A DNA stretch of 64,000 nucleotides from contig OZ296650.1 in assembly GCA_965655095.1 (NCBI GenBank), positions 79,298,001 through 79,362,000 on the forward strand. The letters run 5' to 3'. How positions within the stretch are numbered: the first letter of the stretch is position 1; each line of letters begins with the position of its first letter. Source of the DNA: Haplodiscus bocki (Eukaryota). Made by a program: the position numbers and the translations under genes. Positions 24,886 through 37,290 of this stretch are shown piece by piece. The notes beneath the pieces are model-generated. The model saw nothing but the letters and a program-made list of their open reading frames with translations. It did no database searches and had not been told where the DNA came from.

Positions 24886-27800
24886 ACTTGGTTCGATGAC
24901 ATTGAAATATCATCCTCGTCAATCTTCTCTACCTTCACTCTCGGCAACTTCTTCTCTCTCTTCGTTTTTTTATTTCCTTTCACGTGTTTTTGTTCAATTG
25001 TCAGACGTCCCTTCCCCGGAAAATCAAAAAAATCAATCTATAATTTCCCTCAATTTCGCTCAGTCATTTCAACTTTTTTTTCCAGTCTTTTGGACTATAA
25101 ACTTCGACAGTCGTTTCGACTATCAATTGTCCTTCGCACGTTAAGCATCGAAAGCCGTTTTGTCTGCAAACTTGGCCATCTTTTTTACATCTTTGTTCGC
25201 TGTCAGTCTTAGTAACTGAATCCTGCCTAGACCTTGAGTCTACTCCATTCTAGTACCGTGAACCATACCCTGAGTTTAGAACAGTCTAGTGTTAGGGCAG
25301 CATTCCTTTATTCTTTAGTTCCGCCTTGTTTCTACAATTTAGATTACCGTTTTTATGAAAATTCGACAAGGAAAATTTTTCTCGTTTTCTCTGAATATTT
25401 CACATTTCAACTCTGTTTTACAATTTTTCTTTCTGAAAAATCTAATGCTACTCCTTCTGAGTCCTCTTTTACAGTCCATAGCGTGACCTCTGACAACTTT
25501 CATAAGCAACATTCATTGATAATTTCTGGTCAAGTCTTATTATTTCTCCAAAAAGTTCTTTTCAGACCCCTCTACTGTTGCCATGATTTCATCTGTCATG
25601 TAACCCAAACATCCATCTTAGGTATTTTTTTAATCTGTGGATCCCTCTTTTTATTTTACCATTCCGCAAGATTTACAGTCAAAACATGAAATTTCATTGC
25701 ATAGAATCCTTGAACTTTTCTGTTCCTGACTACTAAGATCACTGTTTAAAACCTAATTCAAACCTATTTGTCCACTAGAAGGGTTCCTAGATATTACTGA
25801 ACTCTGTTCTACCTATCGTTGTTCTCTTGTCTTGTAAAATGTAGGAATAAAATCTTCCTGATTGTTCAGAGTTTCGCAGACTTCTCCTTATAAAATTATA
25901 TTCCCTTGTTCTTATCCCCACCTTAAAAAAATCTCCCACCGAAACCTTTATTTGAATGCTGCTAGCAATCTTTTGGTTGCAAGCAGTTTCAAATAGTTTT
26001 TAAGTTCACCAACAACCTTTGGTTGAACGCAAATTTTCGAAAAAAGTTGATGATTTAGAGCCTCATTATATTTTTTCCTTCTTTCTCGGCTGCTGGATTT
26101 GTATATACATATACAACATTCTGAAACTTCATTCGTTCAATCGTCTGCAAAGAATTGTTCTGACAATGCTTAAAGTACTCTTCAAAAAAAATGCTGATTA
26201 AGTCCTTCATAGATCAAATTAAGCCAGTGGTTGTGGTGATAGATGAACTCGAAAATTGAGATAGGTGAAAATTAACAGCAAAGAAGCCAAATTTGGCTAA
26301 TTCGAAGCACAGATCTTCTAACAGAAGGAAAACAAACAGATAAGTTTTTGAATGGTGTGACCTCTTCAAAACAAATATGTTGAGTCAGTCCTTGATAGAA
26401 ACTTTCGAGCCAACAGTTACTACGAACATGATTTTCAAAGCGAGAAAAAGCAGAAAAAACTACGTTTAGTGTAATTCCCGATTAACATGAATATATACGG
26501 CATCAAATACAGTCCTTTTAATTTTACAATGGAGCACTATTTTGCGAAAAGAAGATCCTGATTGCGACCCTGAGAGAAGAAATCAAGCCATAACTCTTGG
26601 GTTAAAATGAACCTGAGGATCGGGAAAAGTCTACATTAAAAACGAGTAGGCAATTTTTGTGCCTGTCGATCCGCAAAAGATGCAACAGAAGGAGAAGAAC
26701 CAATAGCTTTTCAAATATGCAGCTTTCTTTAAAAAGTTTGTTGAATGGGACCTTGATGGAGACATTCAGGCCAAATGTCACTGAGAAAACTGAAACCAGC
26801 GAAACAATTCAGTATAAACAGCGTTTTTGGTTTTTTTGGTCTTACGCGATTCAAGTTACAGAATGAAAGGCTGCGAGTGTCTGATGAAAGTCTGTTCCAA
26901 AAAAACGAAGTCAATTGAGACGTCACGGAACAAATCATGTTGACTGTTATGGACATACATGAATTTGAATTAGGGGATAATTTGAATTAGTATTACAAAC
27001 AAAAATAGTGTTTGAATAAATCGAATCACAGATAACCCTACGGAAGGAACAAAACCAATGGTTGTGCAGTGCGAGTGGTTTTCCATAGCTGAGACTTTGG
27101 TTATTAGGACATTCAAGAAGGCAATCAAACCAAAACTAACTGGAAGTAAGAGTAATCTTATCGATAAGTTTCAATATACATGAAGCATTTTGTATAAACG
27201 GACAGACGCTTTTACGGTTCCAGGAACCAAACCTCAAACTTTCCAATTGGAAATTTTCTGTCACAAAATTGTGCTGATTGAGACCTCAATGAGTTATATC
27301 AAGCCAACCGTTTTGGAGATTTATGAATTCGACGGTCACGATCAATCAAAATTAAAGGCAAGGAAACAAATTTTGACTATGCAGAAACACAAAGATTCAA
27401 ACACAAGTATCAACACCAATGATTTTCCGAAAGAACACACCGCTGCAACAAAATCACGTTGACCTAAACTTCTATGGAAACATTCATGCCAAAAGTTACC
27501 GAGAAACATGAATTCAGCGCGATTTTTCAAAAGTCAAATGTAATGACGCTGTGGGTTTTCTTTTGACAACCACTATTTCCGTTCCAGTCAAAAAATTAAT
27601 CAAATTCCAATCAAAAACACTTACACAGAAGTATCGACTGATTGAAACTGTGATGAAACACATCATGCCAAAAGTTAAGGATGTATAGGACTTTAAAAGT
27701 CGAGATAAATCAGCGATAATTTCAAAGCAGCAAGTGTTCGCCACAAAGAATTCGAAACAAAAACCAGAAATCAAAATTTTTCAAACGGCAAACCCTTCCC

Positions 27801-29399
27801 GAAAAAATTGTCGTTGACTGAGAATTTGATTGAAGCATTCAAGCCAAACGTTACAGAGATACAGGAACTTTCATAGCCTGCTAACTCAGCATTGATGGCG
27901 CTTCCGATAATTTTGGACAGAATTCCCGTTGGAGGAAGAAAATCTAAGTTTTTTCTACCAAAAATTTCTGCTCAAAAAGTGTCGTTGATTGGAACGTTCG
28001 TGGAACAAATCAAGCCAACAGTTATGGAAATGTTTGGGTTTGAAGGTCAAGTTAAATCATTAATAATGCGAAAGAAGTAGGTTTGTCTCTTACGAAACAC
28101 AAGTAATTCAAAGGAAGGAGCACAATTGATAATTTCCAATAGTTCTCCTTAGGAAAACGTTTGGTAACTGAGAATTCCATGCAAGCAATGAAGCCAAACC
28201 TTACTGAGAAATTTGAAAAAATTTACCTAAATGGTTCGGTAAAATTTCATTTCTGGTAACTTTTGGACAAACACGATTCCAGTTCCAGAAGCAGAACCAG
28301 TAGCTTACCAATCGAACACTCCACCACAAAAATGCTGTTGATTTGGACCTTGACATAGGAAATCAAGCCACTAGTTTTGGCCTTATAAGAATTTTAAGAA
28401 CGATATAAGTCAATGTTGAAAGCAACGAAACAGTGTTTTTGGCTATCTCGAACAAGTATACCAACGGAAGCAGAAAAAGTGACAATTCTTCATTTTAGTA
28501 GCCCTTAGCGTAAAGAGAGGTCATAATTGATACCTTCGTGGGAAAATTCAAAAGAAATTCTTTGCAGGAGTTTTGAATCGAAGATCGAGATGAATCAATA
28601 TAATGGGCAAATGGTCAAAAATTGGCTATTTTGAACGACAAAGTTTCAAACAGAAAGACCAAAAGCGATAGTTTGGCAGTCGAGCATAAATCTACAAAAA
28701 AATCTTGTTGACTGAGATCTTGATAAAAGCATTCAGGAAAATGTTGTCGACAAAAAGGATTTTTGCGGGATAATTTAATAACAGTGGGGTTTTGGGTATC
28801 TTCAGACAACCACGATTCCAGTTGCTGTCACGAAACCAAAGAATATCCAATCGACATGATCTTCACAAAAAATGTTGCTGATTGAGATCTTGATGAAACA
28901 AATTTTGCTTTTAGTCACGGAGATACAGAACTTCGACGATCGAGATTTGAAGTCAAAATTAGAAACGAGGAAGCAAATCTTGGCCATCTGGAACCACCAA
29001 TTCCAACAGAAAAAACAAATCCGATGAATTTTGAAAGAAGCTGCCCTGCACAAAAAATTGTCGTTAACTAAGACATTGATGGGAGCATGAGGCCGTTAGT
29101 GACAGAGAAACATGGTTTATCAAATAGAGACTATTCAGTGTAAGTGGAGTTTTTGGTAAATTCCGACGAATAAAGTTCTCGATTCTGGAGCATATTTTAC
29201 GACATTCCAATCAAGTTTTTTTCCGCAAAAAGGATGCTGATTGCGACCTTAATGGAAGGAATTAGGCCCATAAGTCTGGAATTGAATGATGTTTAAGATC
29301 GTGATCGGTCCAAGAGACCTAATAGCAATTATTGGCTTTGGAATCACAACAGATGTGAACTGTTTTGCCAACTCTGACACATTCGAAGGTCAGCATCTC

Positions 29400-30451
29400 T
29401 GCTGGATTCAAAGCGCCACTCCTTCGATTCACTGGCACACAAAGTAAGTTATCAGACAAAAAACTATAACAGGATGACTGGCGCGGGACGCCAATCGCGA
29501 AGATTTCCTTAAATTATTAACTGTCACTGTTGTGACGTTCCTTTTGTCTGCACAGGCAGAGTGCTCCGAACTCTAAAGTTTTGAAACTTCTGAAAAGCAG
29601 TGTTAAAACTCGCCTCAAGTGGTGACGCCCATTTTTTCCGGGCACACCCGTAAAACGGACACTGGATTTGAATTGTTGGCAGAAAGAGTTGGGTGCGTTG
29701 CTTTACTTTTTGCTTGGATAGTTATTCATCCAGCTGTTTACTATATCGGTAAAGGTTTATCAAAGGAACGTTTAACTGCACATAATGAAGTTTTGAGACA
29801 CAGAAAAAATTTCATAGCGGCCGCCGAAGTCGGTGGAGGAAAAAGCTGTCAAAAAACTTTTCGAATCGGCGGTCTACCCAAATAGTAGAAAAGATTAGAA
29901 AAAATACAGTCAAAAACAATCGAAGTTTTGTGGAAGTAGGCAAAGTTTTTTCTCCAAAATCAAGACATTTAATACCGCGGAGCCATTCCAGGGTTTAATT
30001 TTGCAGTGACCACTAATAAAGTTTTCCTTGTTGCCGTGCAGAAGAGTCGCTATCACGTCCAGAAAATCGGTCTGGAGAGAATTGCAAAATGCAAAATTGG
30101 TTTTCCAACCGCTGGAACTCTTTTACCCATTAGCGGCGACCAAAAGTTGTATCTTAGCTGCTTTGAATTTTTGGTTTTTGAACATCATTGCACGGGTTTT
30201 CCTTTTACAGCTTTCCCTATCACTACCTGTTGGTTTTCGAAATGATAAGTACCCAGTGAGCCTCTCAAGACCACTTTTGTCCTGCACTTACTAACAGCTC
30301 TAATTCCATTAGTCGGCTTTTCTCAACTGAGCTCACGAACAATATAGAGCTGTTCTTTCTGGGTGAGAAGACATCAATATTATACATTGACTCATCTGGG
30401 ACAGTTTCAAAGAACTTTCTCCTAAGCATTAAAAATGAGTCGAGAAAATGA
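29400..30451 (+). pseudogene. Polinton major capsid protein, 5'-truncated and frameshifted
   Basis: Manual translation across frames gives ...AVTTNKVFLVAVQKSRYHVQKIGLERIAKCKIGFPTAGTLL...YLLVFEMISTQ*ASQDHFCPALTNSSNSISRLFSTELTNNIELFFLGEKTSILYIDSSGTVSKN. This matches the Polinton MCP C-terminal pattern (NPFxFQxFxL, YxLxxFDLT, IxID). Confidence 0.75.
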
Positions 30452-30810
30452 TTACTGAAATGGAATATTTCCGACTTATCACTATATGTAAGCGTTAAAG
30501 TTCGAGTTCTTTGCTGTCTTTTACGCGGATACTTTTGCCTCTTAGTTGACGAGAACACTTTGATAATAGTTAAGTTAGATAAAGTGAGCGAAGAGGGGAC
30601 ACATTGGCTACTTACTGATCTGCAACAGAAATGGGAACTTCCTTTCAGCGATCCTTTGGGGTTACAGCTTTTCACTTACACAAAAGTCTTCTCGCATAAT
30701 TTGTGTGGACTATGACATTGTACATCCTAACAAACTTCAATACCAAAATCCTACTTTGGGTTTGTTTATATTCTACTGTATTCTTATTGCTCCTTGTTTT
30801 TAGTGCATAT
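30448..30810 (+). pseudogene. Adenain-like (adenoviral-type) cysteine maturation protease
   Basis: MITEMEYFRLI...KFEFFAVFYAD...NTLIIVKLDKVSEEGTHWLL...FSDPLGL...LQYQNPTLGLFIFYCILIA matches FxGVFxxD / IVNxDxxxxxGxHW / FDxxG / Q..CGxYC. There are frameshifts, and the catalytic Cys appears to be lost. Confidence 0.75.
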
Positions 30811-31029
30811 TGTCCTGTAATACCTTTTCTCCATGAAAATTAGTTACTCCGGTGAAGGGAACTGTTGATATGAACTCTGGTCAACTCCTTTTGAAAAATG
30901 ATTTTTCTGCAGATTGAAAATTTCAAAAAAACCATTGTTTTTTTCGGAAAATCTCCGTTGACCCTATATCTTTCCTAAACAATGTTTCTATTCTGTTTCA
31001 GTAACTTGTTTTTTGTTGAGAAAACGATT

Positions 31030-34000
31030 CATGCCGATGTGTTTTTTGCCAAAGTTTTAGTTTCATCAAACACAGATTGTAATGCAACAGACTTTATTGT
31101 ACCATAATTTTCTGTCCAAACAACTCTGAATTTACTTAGTTTCGAGACGTTAAGTCCTTCCACAAAATTACGAAAACGAGTTACGAAGCTTGTTGAAATT
31201 TCAGTTGTTTGGACGGCAAATCATCTCTAGATCTCACGCTGGGAATTTATCTCCAGTTTTCATAAGCAGCTTGTAAAGAGAACTTTTCTCCATTCTGCAA
31301 GTAAATGGTACCGCGATTCATAGCCTCTGCATTGCCTGTCCGTAGAGCCTCCGTTCGCTTGAATTGTGCAAGAGATAAAAGAATGTTGAGTTAAACCACA
31401 CTACATCATATCCTTTCTCCTCGGATTTCCTCTTTGAACAAACTTCTGGTAGGAAATGATAATGCATTTCTTCGACGCAGCGGCAGTTGTCGTTTTTACT
31501 GAATGTTTCCGACAAAAGAATAACTCAGTGTTTTGACGAACTTGAGCCCGGTTGTGGTTGCCCATTGGAAAAGAAGTAGAATTGTTTTTGCAAAACTTCG
31601 GGAAAAAATCAGGAGTCTGTTCATCCATTGCTTTCGGCTTTCCTGGTACTGAAAATTTAGGAAGTAAGTCCGTTCACCGTGCGCAAGCTGTGTCTCGCTT
31701 TTCGAAAAAAATTAGGTTGAAACTTGAATTCAAACAATAGAATGAAGTTTCGAACAAATTTATCACATGACAGTTTGGTTGACTTTGATGATAATTTGTT
31801 TGTTCGTGACTAACTTCTCTGCTGGTTTTTAAACTGTTTTGTTCCTTTCCGTCCTCACTTGGTCTCATGTTGACTTTTTGGACGTGTTTTTAATGATTTC
31901 TCCGATCTGTACTTTCGTTAATGTAACTCTCGGATCAATCTTAGTTTCAACCGCTCTTTTTTGAAAAAAATGTTGAACATAAAATGTTGGCATAGGTTCT
32001 TCTGATATGTTTTTTGAGCCGTCGTTTAGTTTGGGAAATGTCACGAAAACAATTTTCGAATTCGTTATCGATAGTTGATGTGATAGAATGGCTCATTTCT
32101 CAAAGTCCTGTTTAGGATCCACTGAAAAACCCAAACTGAAAATCGATCGAATTGACAATTTTAATGGCTCGTTCTTACCGATTTTTTTTTGCTTCGAACC
32201 GTTTGCACGTCTAGTCTTAAATTAGCTGGTCGTGACGCGTGCCGTACATCAATGGACATATTTCCTCACTATGATTTGCACGGTTGACTCGACTCGTGAA
32301 TCAAAAGTGATACAAATATATCGTAAGTACCTAGAGTCTTGGTCATAGAAATTAGTGATGGAATGTTGTTTAGCATCGTGCTTTTTAATGTATATTCTTT
32401 TCGGCGTCCGAAATCTATGTCTATAAGTCTTGAAAATCTTTTCTCCTTGAACTAGTAGTATTCTGTTTAGCATCGTCGTTTGTCTAGACAGAGATGAAAT
32501 CGGCGATATCTAGACGTGTTTTCTCTTTTTAAAAACAACCATTATGTTCAAAATTGTTAGTCTTGTTCAAAAAACTTTCCTCTTTAACTTTCTCATCTCA
32601 TTTCCTATGTGAAACTATAATGTTTTCCATCATAGTTCTATAGCGTCGAAATTTCTTGATTCTCTTTCTCCGTCCCCACGTATAAAAATTCCCATTGCAA
32701 GGATGAAAAGTGAAATTCGGGTCTTCATCGGTTCAGCTGAATATAATCGTTTTACTTCTTATGAAACTTAGTTGAACATTTCCTTAACTAATGTCAAAGA
32801 ATTGAAATCTGTTAATGAAGAGTTGTCAATTGAAAGTTCAATTTGTTCCTCAGCAACAGTTTTTAGGGTTTTTTTTCAAGCAAAAAATGGTTCGATTGGT
32901 TTTGTCAAAAGTGTTGCTGCAGTAGGTTTTGATGACTACATTTTTCATGGAAAGCAAGTGACGGATCGGTTTGAAAAACCTCTACATGTATGCAAAAATC
33001 AGTTCCAGCTGGATTTTAAAGAGGTTCCTTTAACGGAGAAACAAATGGATATTTTCGGTGGTTTTCAAACAATCGAATGGTTCTGCAACATTGTGAGAAG
33101 TGAAGAAGGCCCTTTCATCAGACAAGTGACTTCACCCTCTCCAATTGTTGCTTCTGTAGAGAAGGACCAAACTTCCACTGACTGTGATTGTTTCGCAAGC
33201 GAAACACCCTAAAAAACCAAAACAATTGAGCGGAAACTTTGTCCCTAAGAACCCAAAAAACGGAGAAAAATAAGAACAGCTCTTTTTGAAAAAAATTTTC
33301 GGACCCTTATTTTGTCTGAAATTTGACCGTGACCTGTTATTTAAATTATCCTCATCGTTCTACTTAATGCAGTTTCAAATATTCGAAGTCACTTTATTTA
33401 GGATTGAATCATTGAAGAAAGCATCTCTTCGTAGTTGAAACTTTTATTCTTTGAGACTAGAGAGATTAATTTTTGTTCACATTTCATATTGCTTTGTCTG
33501 GCGGGCGCGCGCTTGCTGATCTAAAAAATTTAATGAAATTTAGATGTGAGTAACATCTGATGAAGAGTTTTTGGACTTGATGAAAGTCCTATTGCCAGGT
33601 GTTTTTAAAATTTTGTCTTGTCGGTTTGTTTTGTCGACACGAAGCGCCAATGCGTAGTCACTGTCTCGCTTTTTTCTAGGGAAAGTCACGGTTTCTTATA
33701 CATGGCTAATCTACCATAAAAGCTTAGCTTAAGCAGAAGTATGATCTTATCCTCCCGTTTTTAAAGCGGTGCTAATGAAGTTGCCTAAAAAACGTTGATT
33801 TTTGAGATTAGCGTAGACGGGACGTGTTATCTGTACAACTATGTATGTAAAAACTTTTTCGAACAGTTCTGCTGTTTCTCCAATAAAATTGTTTTGAAAC
33901 AAATTTCTGCTCGCCTGTGATTCATTAAACCTCTCTTCTTTCTCCAAACACGAATTTGCCATCAAAACTAGTGCTGGCAACTGCTGAAAAAAGTCCATCG
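31030..34000 (-). pseudogene. Cluster of decayed minus-strand ORFs of unknown function inside the Polinton
   Basis: Protein-like fragments (ORFs 31318-31515, 32249-32473, 33747-33998 and continuations in adjacent frames) between the protease and pPolB. No motif recognised. Confidence 0.35.
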
Positions 34001-34082
34001 CAAATCATCCAAAATTTTATCGACGGTTGAGGAACTTCCACAAAATTGATACCGTAGATTCGCTGGAAAAAACAAGTACTGA

Positions 34083-36416
34083 GTGTCAATTCAAATGATT
34101 TTTTATTACCGTCACGAAAAAACATACAAGAAATGCACACTACTGAGCAAGCAAAACTCAGCCTATATTGCAAATTATTCTTTTGTTCCCTCAGACAATT
34201 CGGATAACACTTTGAGGTTGTTCTTTAGTCACCTTCCGTCTCCAGTTCTCAAAGGCTTGGTGAACATAAACGAAACAAAGTTGGTCTTAACGACATTGTT
34301 GAATATTTCTTCTTTGAAACTGAAGATTTTTTCTGTCCTGCAGTTCAATGTCGAAGTGAAAGAGGCCGTGCAAGGACTACTAAATAAAAGTGTCTATACA
34401 GAGCCTCAAAACATTCAACTCTCCGCTAATTTTCCAGTCGAAAAAAAACCCTCAATTGATGAAAATGAAGAAAAGGAGCTAATTAGCCAAAAATTGTCAA
34501 AATGGAAACGGTTTTTTCCAGTGAAGTTCTTCGAGATAAAGACTTCTCACAATTGCTTCATCACATCCTGTCAAATGTATTCACTTTCAATACCCATGGA
34601 AGTTGGTGGCTTTTGGAAAAAAATTGTGGAGTTGAAGTGCGAAGGGTTTCTCATTTGCCGATCAGGGGATCGCCCTACTCAGCTCTACCAACAGGTCTAC
34701 AAAACAGAAATGTCTCCTCTACAACTGAAAGCGCGCTGCTAAATAATGTTTCTTTTATTTTTTGACATCTGCTTGGCACTTCGAAAATGGACCGAGTATC
34801 CCTCGAAAACGTTTTTTTGGCGTTTGCGCAAAAGTCATGATCTTTAAAAACCCTCAAAACCTTCAGCCCAACAACAAATTGGGGATTCTGTATTGCCTAT
34901 GGGTTTCAAAAAGGTACCGAGTTTCGAAAAACTGATCAAAGTTCAAGCCAACGTTTTCCAGTTTCATGACAAGGGCTTGTTGGTTCTCCATGCGAAAACG
35001 AAGATTGTCGGTGTAAAAGGGTTTGGCTCCTTCCCACTGATGGGTAAATTGATCAACGTTCTAAAATTTCTTGTCAGTAAAATAAGATAGCAAGTTCCGC
35101 GCTTCATTACTCGAATCTCCCGCAATTGCTTTCACATCTGGTCAGCCGAAAAGACTTACCAACACCATCTCGAAACGCGTTGCGAGTTTGAGACTCCTGC
35201 AAACAAAAAACTGAACGATGAGAAAAAAAAGAAATTGAACAACTATTAGTGGAGATCATTTGAAACTTTCGTGATATATTTTGTTTTTGAAACTATGCTA
35301 AAACTTCTGCAATTTTGTCAAAACAACGTCAAATGACGTTTAACAGAGGTTTTTGAAGTTCATCGGCCTTCTGCTTTTTGTTTGTTAAATCTTGGAATCA
35401 AAAACCCAAAAACAGCGCCCGTAAAAATTGATCAATCGAAAAAATGCTTGGAAGCATTCCTGGATGTTTTGGGAGACTTGCTAGAGATATCCCTGAGACA
35501 AACAATGAAAGAACAGCATAGAACAATCAGAGGATCTGATCCAATTGTTGATCATTCTTTGTGCCGGCTAGGTGAGTTTTGAATGACAGAAAAGGAAAAA
35601 GTTCTGGACCATGGCCATTTAACCGGCTAACCTTTCCTTCACCTTTCCTTCAGAAATCTAATTTTGTTTCCAAGCGATTCAAATTTCAAGTCATCAGAGC
35701 TCCTGATGCAAGTGAAATATCACTATCTGTTGGAAACCAAGTTGCTAGCTGTCTCGGTTCGCGATTTCTTGAGAAAGTTGTTGAAGAACATATGAGTCTT
35801 ATCGACATTTACGGGTTCATGGCTTCATCACTCGGCGGTGAGCTGTTTAGTTTCCTATCTGAAAAACTTTTCAAAATCTCGGTTCAATTGCTCTCCGGAT
35901 GCGATGCGTCGGACTCAGAATGTGTTCATCAAAGAATCCTAGCCTCGCAATTACTTCGATATTAAAGAAAAACTTCTCAACAGGCGATTGGTTAATCTTC
36001 ATCACTGGAGTAACTATGCAAGGTGGAGTAGCTCAAGGGTGTTCATAACCTCCATCTCTTGGTAGATACCCTATTGAATTTCAGTCATGAGATGTGTGAC
36101 GGCGTCATTGAAGAGTTCGTTGGACTGAAAGTAAAGAAGAAGTCTATGTTCTAAGATCGCAAGCAAAAAATTGTCAGTCAAAGGTTTCCACTGCTTTGCT
36201 CAACGTGGCGTCACCCATCAGGAGTACTAAAACGTTTCAAACGGAGGAGCCATCATGCGGTCATTTTTAGTCAGAATACGCTCTGTTGAACTTGGCCTCG
36301 ACACAATCCAAACCAAAAACGTCTCTTCATCTGCATTTGATTATAATAGATTCAATAAAGTTGGAAAAGTTTCTTTGCTTTTTGCACATTTGGAGTTTTC
36401 GAAATCTCCGTGTTAA
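34083..36416 (+). pseudogene. Protein-primed family B DNA polymerase (Polinton pPolB), frameshifted, with internal deletions
   Basis: Ordered motifs: FNTHGSWWLLEK..LPIRGSPYSALP (GSGW..PLRGSSYIxLP); PMGFKKVPSFEK..NVF; RNCFH..HHLE..C; FVIYFVFETML (ExoI, YADFES); KVLDHGHLTG (endonuclease-VII-like DHCH); IDIYGFMASSL; HNLHLLVDTLL (ExoIII); then NFSHEMCDGVIEEFVGLK..KG..THQEY..RIRS..TIQTK..SAFDYNR (C-terminus). Confidence 0.9.
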
Positions 36417-37046
36417 AAGCCATTGCAGCTAAACGGGGCTGGGCTGAATTCAATAGGCCGGATGAAAAAACTTTGAAGATTATCTTTAACAGGTTGTCGA
36501 ACAATTAGTCAAGAACTATGAGCGATTTCATTTTGTTACTGCGGGCAAGAGTGCCTTCCTTATCGCATTTGGATAATGCGAAAACTTTGTCAAAATTATG
36601 TATCTATAACGTTGTCTTCAACCGCCAGACCTTGGCCTTTTTAACTTATCTATTCGGAAACAGAATTGAACGATTTAGAAGGTTTTGATTAAGATACGAA
36701 AAACTTATCTCAACCTACGCGGTGAAAACCTTTCATTGATCACGATGCGGAGGAGGTCAAAGGTTCATTAGATCTCTGCTTCTGATACTTTACGATTCGG
36801 AAGTGGAATCTTTTTGCTCACCTTCTCTGTTTGAGCCTTTGAATAAGCGCAGACGTAATACTTTATACTTTAGCCATTGCACTTTCTTTAGCTCAGTCAA
36901 GAAACGTATTAAAGGTTTGTCGAAAAACCAGTCAAACGAAAAAAAAATTAACTCTACAACTTTGCCTCGGAAACCTAGAAAACTGCTGTCCATTAAAGGG
37001 GGCGTCGAAAAGCTCTTCGGAAAAACATCGAATTGATTTGCCGTCC

Positions 37047-37290
37047 AAAACACCGTTTAAAATTGGCTACCGAAAAAGATCGTATTGGAATGCTCGTCAA
37101 GGAAATACAGTAGGAAAATTCTGCTCAAAACACCGTTAATAATTCAATACTGAAAGAGCCCGTGTCCAAAAGCTCGGCGAAGTTTCATCGTAAGTTTTCG
37201 CTTCCGAAAACACCGTTGCAAAATCCCTATCAAAAAAGACCATAACAGAATGCTCAAGGTACCGTATGAAAATGTCCAAAACACCGTCAA
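37047..37290 (+). repeat. Short repeated motif AAAACACCGT (4 copies) within the Polinton
   Basis: Exact 10-mer at 37047, 37127, 37207 and 37278 (spacing 80, 80, 71). Confidence 0.65.

Larger units (their letters stand above)
1..29350 (+). repeat. Satellite family 1: degenerate tandem array of alternating A/B monomers (~350-bp dimer), interrupted by foldback elements and a unique insert
   Basis: Two motifs alternate every ~170-185 bp: A 'CTGATTGAGACCTTGATGGAAGAAATCAAGCC' and B 'TTGACTGAGACCTTGATGGAAGCATTCAGGCC'. B-like copies occur at ~111, 465, 815, 1172 and 1516; A-like copies at ~281, 991, 1331 and 1681. Monomers are heavily diverged from one another. Confidence 0.9.

Noticed and set aside
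32772-33212. 146-aa plus-strand ORF as a real gene
   Set aside because: No recognisable motif. It lies amid decayed minus-strand Polinton ORFs and may be an antisense shadow.
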